NCBI GenBank assembly: GCA_010093605.1
Contig: MU004187.1
Coordinates: forward strand, 310,001 to 374,000
Direction of reading: 5' to 3'
From: Lophium mytilinum
Lineage: Eukaryota
DNA length: 64,000 nt
The position numbers and the translations under genes were made by a program. Of the stretch, positions 58,590 to 64,000 are shown piece after piece (position 1 is the first letter of the stretch; each line of letters begins with the position of its first letter). The notes beneath the pieces are model-generated. The model was not told the DNA's origin and searched no databases. It saw nothing but the letters and a program-made list of their open reading frames with translations.

Positions 58590-60310
58590 AGGAATACTAA
58601 GTTAATTAATTATTCTAGGTAGAGGGGGAATAGGGCTATCTATATATCTAACCCGAGCCTAATTTCTCTTATATTAGAATACTAGTTAGCCTAAGCTAAC
58701 TACTTTTAATATATCTAACCTAAGCCTAATTTCTCTTATATTAGAATACTAGTTAGCCTAAGCTAACTACTTCTAATACTTCTATATAATAATATAAGAG
58801 AATATAAAGGCGTCTAGATATAGCTAAGAAGCTTCTATAGATAGAGAACCCTATTTTATACCCCTATCTATCTAGTAATTCCCTTTAATAGCGCGGCATA
58901 TAGCTAGCTATATTACTTTCTTCTATAATATATTTACCTTCTAATAATATGCCTCCTCCTCTATAGAAAGATCTATATTCTTATCTTTAGCCTTTTAAAT
59001 AACTACTCCCTCTACCTTATTCTAAGCCTTCTAATATATAGTTTAGAATTTATATCTAGGTTTAAATAGTATAAAGGAAATTACCTTAATAGTATTCTTC
59101 TCTACTTCTAGGTGCTTATAGTAATAGAAAAACTCTATATTCTTTACTATCTAGAATACCTAGCAGGATTCTATAAAAGAGTTAGAAGGAATAGAAAGAG
59201 AGTTATTAGTATTATTAAGTATATATCTATAAGGATAGATATAGAAGGAAACTAGAATAGAAGGTTAATATTTTCTTCTCTTCTAAATCCCCTTAATTTT
59301 AGTATAGAGGATGTATATAGGCCTTACTATTTTCTTAGAAACTAGAGATATATATTCTTCTAAGCTAGAAGTAAAGATCTAAGAAGAATTAACTAAGTAG
59401 AAGAAGATTATCTAGGTTCTAACACTAATATATCTAGTATAGGGAGGGGAATCTAGATAATAAGAACTAGAAGAAGGTAGAGAAGATAGAGAAGAGCTAG
59501 GTATAGAAGAAGGTATAGGGGTAGAAGAAGTAGTAGAAGAAGTATTAGAAGAAGCCCTAAAAGAGAATAGAGAAGAAAAGAAAAAAGAGAAAACTTTAGA
59601 AATAATAATAGAAGATAGATTAAATTAAACTAGAACTAGAGTAGAAACCTTATTCTTAGAATTCTTAAGGTTTTTCTCTTGCACTTTTCTTCTTCTAAAG
59701 ATATTAGGTCTAGTTTTAATTTTAGAAGGGTCTAAAGAAAGAGTAGCTCCCTAAGAAAATAGAGCTTTAGATAATCTAAAAGTGTTATAAGGTTTATATT
59801 ATACCTATCTTCTATTACTATAGGCCTAGAGGTAGTTAAGAAGACCCTAGTTATAGTTAGAAGTAGGCTTATAATTAGGTAAAATATTAAGAGAGAAAGG
59901 TAGAGCTAGTACTAGAGGAGTTAATATAGCTATAGTAAAGAAGGCAGGAATAATTAGTATAGCTAGAGAGTTAGCTAGAGAGTTATCTAGAAGGTTTAGA
60001 AGGCTATTAGAGATAGTAGGGCTTAGAGAAGTAGATAAAGTAGGTAATAGTAGCAGAAAATTATCTAAGGTAGGCTAAGAAGAGAAGTAGAGGAACTCTT
60101 AAGAAGTCTATATTAGAGAGCTTAGTAGTACTAATATTTTAGTATACTTTTTATTAAAATTAGTTAAGAATTAAAAGAGTTATAATTTTTTAAAAGTTAG
60201 AAAAATTTAATTTAGTAGTTTTAGGTACTAAGTTTAGATTCTAGTACAACTTTAAGGATTTAGAGAAGTAGAAATTATTAAGCAGTAGAAGTTCTAATAT
60301 ACCTAGCGCT
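58590..60310 (-). mobile_element. Heavily RIP-mutated repeat remnant with a former minus-strand ORF, type unresolved
   Basis: Abrupt shift to AT-rich DNA with excess TpA and near absence of CpA/TpG; lies downstream of the copia pol end; boundaries approximate. Confidence 0.6.
58644..58777. repeat. Tandem duplication, 2 x 67 bp
   Basis: ATATCTAACC...CTAACTACTTYTAAT at 58644 and 58711; copies differ only by transitions (CG/TA, T/C). Confidence 0.92.
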
Positions 60311-60313
60311 TAG

Positions 60314-63300
60314 TTATTAATAGATAGTATCTTAGCATACTTAGTAAAAATTTTCTTAATAAAAATTTATATGTAGAAAATATAATTCTAAGACTAATTT
60401 TTAGTAGCTTAGCATAAATTATATAGGGAAGTTAAATATTACTCTAATTAGGCTAAGAATTTAAACGTGCGTAGCTAGAGTATTAACTTTCCCCCTTATC
60501 TAGAGAGAAAGTTTATTTAAGTCCTAAAGCTTACCTAAAGAGTAAGAAATAGTTCTTTAGAAGTACTTTTATAAGGCTATTAGCTACCTATTAGTTAGTT
60601 AAAATAAATTTAAGGTCTATAGTATTATTAGCAACTTTTTTCTAAATATAGTAGTATTAGATAGCTATATACTTTAATCTAGAGTAGAACTATAGGTTCT
60701 TTACTAGTATAATAGCTCCTTAGTTATTACTGTAGATAATAGTAGCCGCTAGAACTTCTTCTATAGCTAGTAATTTTTAAAGAAGAGAGCGTAACTATAT
60801 AGCTTTCTTAGTAGCTTAGGTTTCTTCTATATATTCTACTTTATATAATAAGAGTATAATAATAGTTTACTATTTAGATAACTAGCTAATAACTCTACTT
60901 CTAATGCTAAAGACATATCCGGCTATAGAACGGCGCGTTACTTAATTACTAGCCTAGTTAGAGTTAGTATATCTAATAAGCGGCTAGAGTAGTCCTTTAT
61001 ATATAAGCTTAAGATTAAGAGTCCCCCTTAGGTAATATATAATATATTTTATAGCTTTAATATATATAGCTATAGGGTTTATAAGGTGTTAGCTATATAT
61101 AGATACTAAAAATGCAATATTAGGTTAAGTTCTAAGTATAGCGTATATAAGAGATCTAATTACTTTTATATACTAGAATTAATTAGCTTCTATAGTAGTA
61201 TAGCTATTCTTAGCTAGGTCTATATTACTAGTCTCTATTAGGGTAGCTATAGGCTTTCTATTAGTAAGATTAAATTTTTAAAGGACTTTTAAGAGGTATC
61301 TCCTTTAGCTAAGTACTAAGCTATAATTCTGTTAGTTACATATAATTAATATGCCTAGGTAGTAGCTACATGCGCCTAGGTCTAATATCTTAAAGCGTTT
61401 ACTAAGAGCGTCTTTAATAGTTTAAATATTAGACTTAGATAGTTCTATAATAAGTAAGTTATTAATATATACTATAATAAAGTTATAACCCTTTAAAAAC
61501 ACTCCTAAGTTAGAATCTAGTAGAGAGAAGCCTAGGCCTTTAAGAAAAGTAGTAAGCGTATAGTACTAGATTCTAGGTAATTATTTTAGTCTATAGAGAG
61601 CTTTCTTAAGGTAGTAGACCTTGCATGTATTATCTTTTATTCTATAGGATTATTTAATATAGATTTCTTCTTTAATATTACTATATAGGAAGGCGGTTTT
61701 AATATCTATTTATTTAATTTCTAGGTTTAAGGCGGCGGCTATTGCAAAAATTATTTTATAGCTTATAGGTTTAACTATAGAGGTAAAAGTTTTATTATAA
61801 TCTATACCTTCTTCTTACTTAAAGCTATAAATAACCTATTAAGCTTTATATTAGATAACTTCGCTGTTAGGTCTATATTTAAGTTTATATACCTATTTAC
61901 CGCGGAGTATTTATTAATATAGTGGAGCGTTAACTAAGGTCTAGGTACTATTAGTAATAAGGGAGCCGGTTTTCTCTTCTATTACCTTTTTCTATTTAAG
62001 CTATATTAAGTCTAATTACGCTTATACTATTATTTTTAGCTTAAAAGGTTCTTCTATAGCTATACTAATAAGTATAAATAGCCTATATAGGTTTTATAAT
62101 ACATCTTCTTTCTATAAACCTTTATTTTTATAGTTTAAGACGCGTAGTACCGGGTAGTTTAAAAGAACTTTAGCTAGTAGTTTATAGAGGATATCTAAGG
62201 TAAAGATTCTAGGTAGTTCTATTATAGATTTAACTAGGTTTCCGGGCCTATAATAGTCTAGCTTGCATCTAATTATAGAATTTAGCTATAGAGGTAGCTA
62301 CCTAGGTACTTACCTAGGTAGTTACTGCAGTGGCTGCTATAGTAGTGCGGCCGGCCTTAATTATAGAGGTGCCTGCCTTAGTAGTAGTTATAGAGGTAGT
62401 TGCATAGGTGCTTATTTTCTAGGCTAAGGTAAAGGTCTTACTTCTAGGCTTAGTAGTTAGCTATAGTTAGGTTAAATAGTTAATTTAGAGCCTTAATAAT
62501 TAGAGTTATTTATATTATCTTAGTTAACTAATATATTATAGAGGGAATCTAGTAAGCGTACTTTAGCTAGTAATAGGTTTTAGCGCGTAGGTTATCTTTT
62601 TACTTTAGGAGGTATAATAGTAAGTATTATATCTTCTTTTATTAGTTTAGTAGAAGGTTTAAGTTCCTCTATATTACTTATTAGTAATTAAGCGCGTTTT
62701 TATTATTTAGATGGTGGAGGAACTACGCAAGATTCCCCTTCTTCTTCTATTATCTAATTGTCTAGAAAGGTAATATATAGTAGATATTCTATAAAGATAA
62801 TATCTTTTACTATAATAATGCGGTTATTTTAGTTTAGTAGGCGGTAGTTTTATTCTCTAGAATATTCTACTAAAATACAGTCCTCTAAGCGGGAAAAATC
62901 TAATTTCTTTTACTTAGCTTCTACTTTAAGAATGTAGCATCTACTGCCTATTACTTGCAACTAATTAAGATAAGAAATGTTGCCTATCTATGCTTTATAT
63001 AGAGTAGTAGGTATTACTAAGCTAGGGCTTTAATTTCTAATTGTAACGGCGGCTTATAATACCTTAGGCTAGTATATTTTTAAAAGGCTAGATTATATAA
63101 GTATAGGGTTTATTTTACTAAGAAGTATATAGTTAATTACTTTAGCTACGCCGTTTAACTAATGCTAGTCTTATCTAGTTATTTTAAGGAGGATACCTCT
63201 ATCTTTATAGAAGTTCTAAACTAATCTAGATGTATTTTCTCTAGCCTAATCTATTTATATCTAATAGATCTATTATTTATAGATTTTATATATATTAGCT

Positions 63301-64000
63301 AGAAGCTTTAAATAGAAGAAGAATTTACTTCTTATTTTTAGCGGCTATACCTAGAGTATCTAGATTTTATTATAGATAAAGGTAACCTAATACCTACATC
63401 TATTATATACTATTTTAAAGGGTCTAGATATATCTATATAGATAAATTTAAGGGGGAATTTACCTTATTTATTATACTAATTATAAGGTCCTGCTTTTAT
63501 TCTTTCTTAGATATATAGTTTGCATAAGCATCCTTTTAGCACTAGTTTTATTCTAGTTAATATTATTTTTAGCTTCTAGATTACTTAATTGCCTAGGTAG
63601 CCTAGCCGTTTATACTAGATTTAATTATTTTAATTACTAATTTAGTATACGGCTATACTAATCTATATTAGCTATTAAAGGTTTAGAATATAGACTCTAT
63701 TATATTTAGATGCTAGAAAAGTATTATCTCCTTAGGTAATATTAGCCCCGTTAAAATTAAAAGAGACACTAGTTCTAATTTAAAGGAGCTAAGAGATAGA
63801 AACTAGGTTATATTCTAGTATAGAAATATAGAGAGCATCTTTAAAAAGTAGTATAGTCTTCTTTCTATTACTATAGTACTTAAGCCTAATAGTTCTAATA
63901 GATTTAGGTTAGAGGTAAGATCCTCTAATGCCTCTAAGGCCCGGTTCTAAATAGCTGCGTAGCGTAGATAGTATAAAGGCGTTATAGAAACTAGAGTAGT
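60314..64000 (-). mobile_element. RIP-inactivated Ty1/copia LTR retrotransposon (extends beyond the window)
   Basis: Minus strand order: *YKRLGYLG (~63600, from WHxRLGH), LNGVAK (~63150, integrase NGVAE), KIIFAIAAALNLEIK*IDIKTAFLY (~61700), LKKALYRLK*, IVYINNLLI (~61465, from YVDD), VANSLIK (~60580, RNase H ADxLTK); IN before RT is the copia order; polypurine tract AAGGGGGAA at ~60490. Confidence 0.93.

Noticed and set aside
1..64000. tRNA or rRNA genes
   Set aside because: No cloverleaf with T-loop GTTCRANYC and no rRNA-like segment found by eye; tRNAscan-SE or Infernal would be needed to exclude them

Overview
Filamentous ascomycete (Pezizomycotina, plausibly Dothideomycetes) nuclear DNA. 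Bases 1-58,550 are gene-dense with about 36 genes and short GT-AG introns; bases ~58,590-64,000 are an AT-rich, RIP-mutated block with a minus-strand Ty1/copia retrotransposon and a second degraded element. About 13 of the genes act in ribosome biogenesis, translation or RNA metabolism (ESF1, NMD3, NOP15, RCL1, TSR2, RPS6, eIF3i, KRI1, RRP14, eIF1A, RPC37, RIX7, LSM8), often in divergent pairs. Other core genes are VTI1, CAB5, ADE2, SEC62, VMA12, VPS20 and a PITH protein. Accessory genes include a HET-domain gene, a dienelactone hydrolase, an ICMT-like protein, a Zn2Cys6 factor beside a sugar permease, and several pseudogenes. The most striking unexplained structure is a co-oriented array of four small intronless ORFs at 43,106-45,568. 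All start Met-Cys and share a six-cysteine scaffold ending in CxxC, with little other similarity. All product calls come from motif recognition by eye, with no database searches.
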